55,024 nt of DNA from positions 1 through 55,024 of IMG/VR virus record IMGVR_UViG_3300032285_001218; one strand, written 5' to 3'. Both the position numbers and the translations under genes were made by a program. The notes below the pieces were generated by a model that did not search any database, had not been told where the DNA came from, and saw only the letters and a list, made by a program, of their open reading frames with translations. Source of the stretch: a virus. Taxonomy: Duplodnaviria > Caudoviricetes. Positions 54,601-55,024 of the stretch are shown piece by piece. Numbering within the stretch: position 1 is the first letter of the stretch; each line of letters starts with the position of its first letter.

Positions 54601-54992
54601 AGCTCGCACAGGCTAATTTCGTGTGCCGAACAGAAGAAACCTGGACCCAGTGTCGCAGGAATCCGTAGTCTCTCGCCGTTAAGAGCACTCAATCACTATC
54701 CTTCACAGGACGAAGATCGCAAAGCTGCCGCGGTTTGATTGTTTAAAAGAAATACAGGCAAAAAGAGGGTTAATAGCCCACGTTTGCTAGCATGTTAGCG
54801 TATGTTAGTAAGCCGCCGTCATAATAAAGACACAGCTCGAGGTACCGGATGACCGCCTCTGTAATGCTGTAACGCTAAGTGATAAAAGTGCAACTCAGAT
54901 AATGTTGATTTTATTTCTTTGCCCGCAAGGGCAAAGTGTGACTGAACAATCTAGATAATATTTAAACTGCTTCGCAGCAGTATTATTAAATA
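54601..54992 (+). ncRNA. putative large structured, pseudoknotted ncRNA of unknown family
   Basis: No ORF; GC-richer than genome; about ten hand-verified helices, long-range pairs, G-U pairs valid only on + strand, GNRA-capped stem. Confidence 0.7.
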
Positions 54993-55024
54993 CAAAAAGA
55001 AATTAGTTCGAGCGTAAGCGATGA

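Noticed and set aside
54601-55024. Group I/II intron, tmRNA, RNase P or tRNA as identity of the structured tract
   Set aside because: No ordered group I P7 pair on the + strand (only an isolated TAGTC), no interrupted host gene visible, no group II domain V, no tRNA-like ends, no GAGGAAAGTCC. A covariance search is still needed to exclude divergent members.

Overview
AT-rich fragment of a large T4-like (myovirus, probably jumbo) phage genome; standard genetic code; no tRNA, CRISPR or transposon seen. Three blocks. (1) 1-14173, + strand: nucleotide metabolism and accessory genes (truncated GT-B glycosyltransferase, cupin, phosphoribosyltransferase, folE, queE with an unusual split Cys motif, RNase H, MoxR AAA+ with a peptidase-VWA partner, thyX, many small ORFs). 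(2) 14166-50218, - strand: virion module (gp48/54-, gp53-, hub-, gp5-, gp25- and gp6-like genes, a 4852-aa structural protein, three paralogous fibre proteins), followed by four GT-A glycosyltransferase-like genes. (3) 50296-54600, + strand: enlarged gp55 late sigma, gp47/gp46, and a compact GIY-YIG nuclease. The most striking unexplained signal is a ~400-nt non-coding tract right after the GIY-YIG stop codon. By hand it folds into a multi-helix, pseudoknotted + strand RNA, making this a candidate nuclease-ncRNA system. Also notable: a recurrent bipartite late-promoter motif, one copy of which overlaps the divergent sigma70 promoter of gp55. All calls come from manual motif reading, not database searches.
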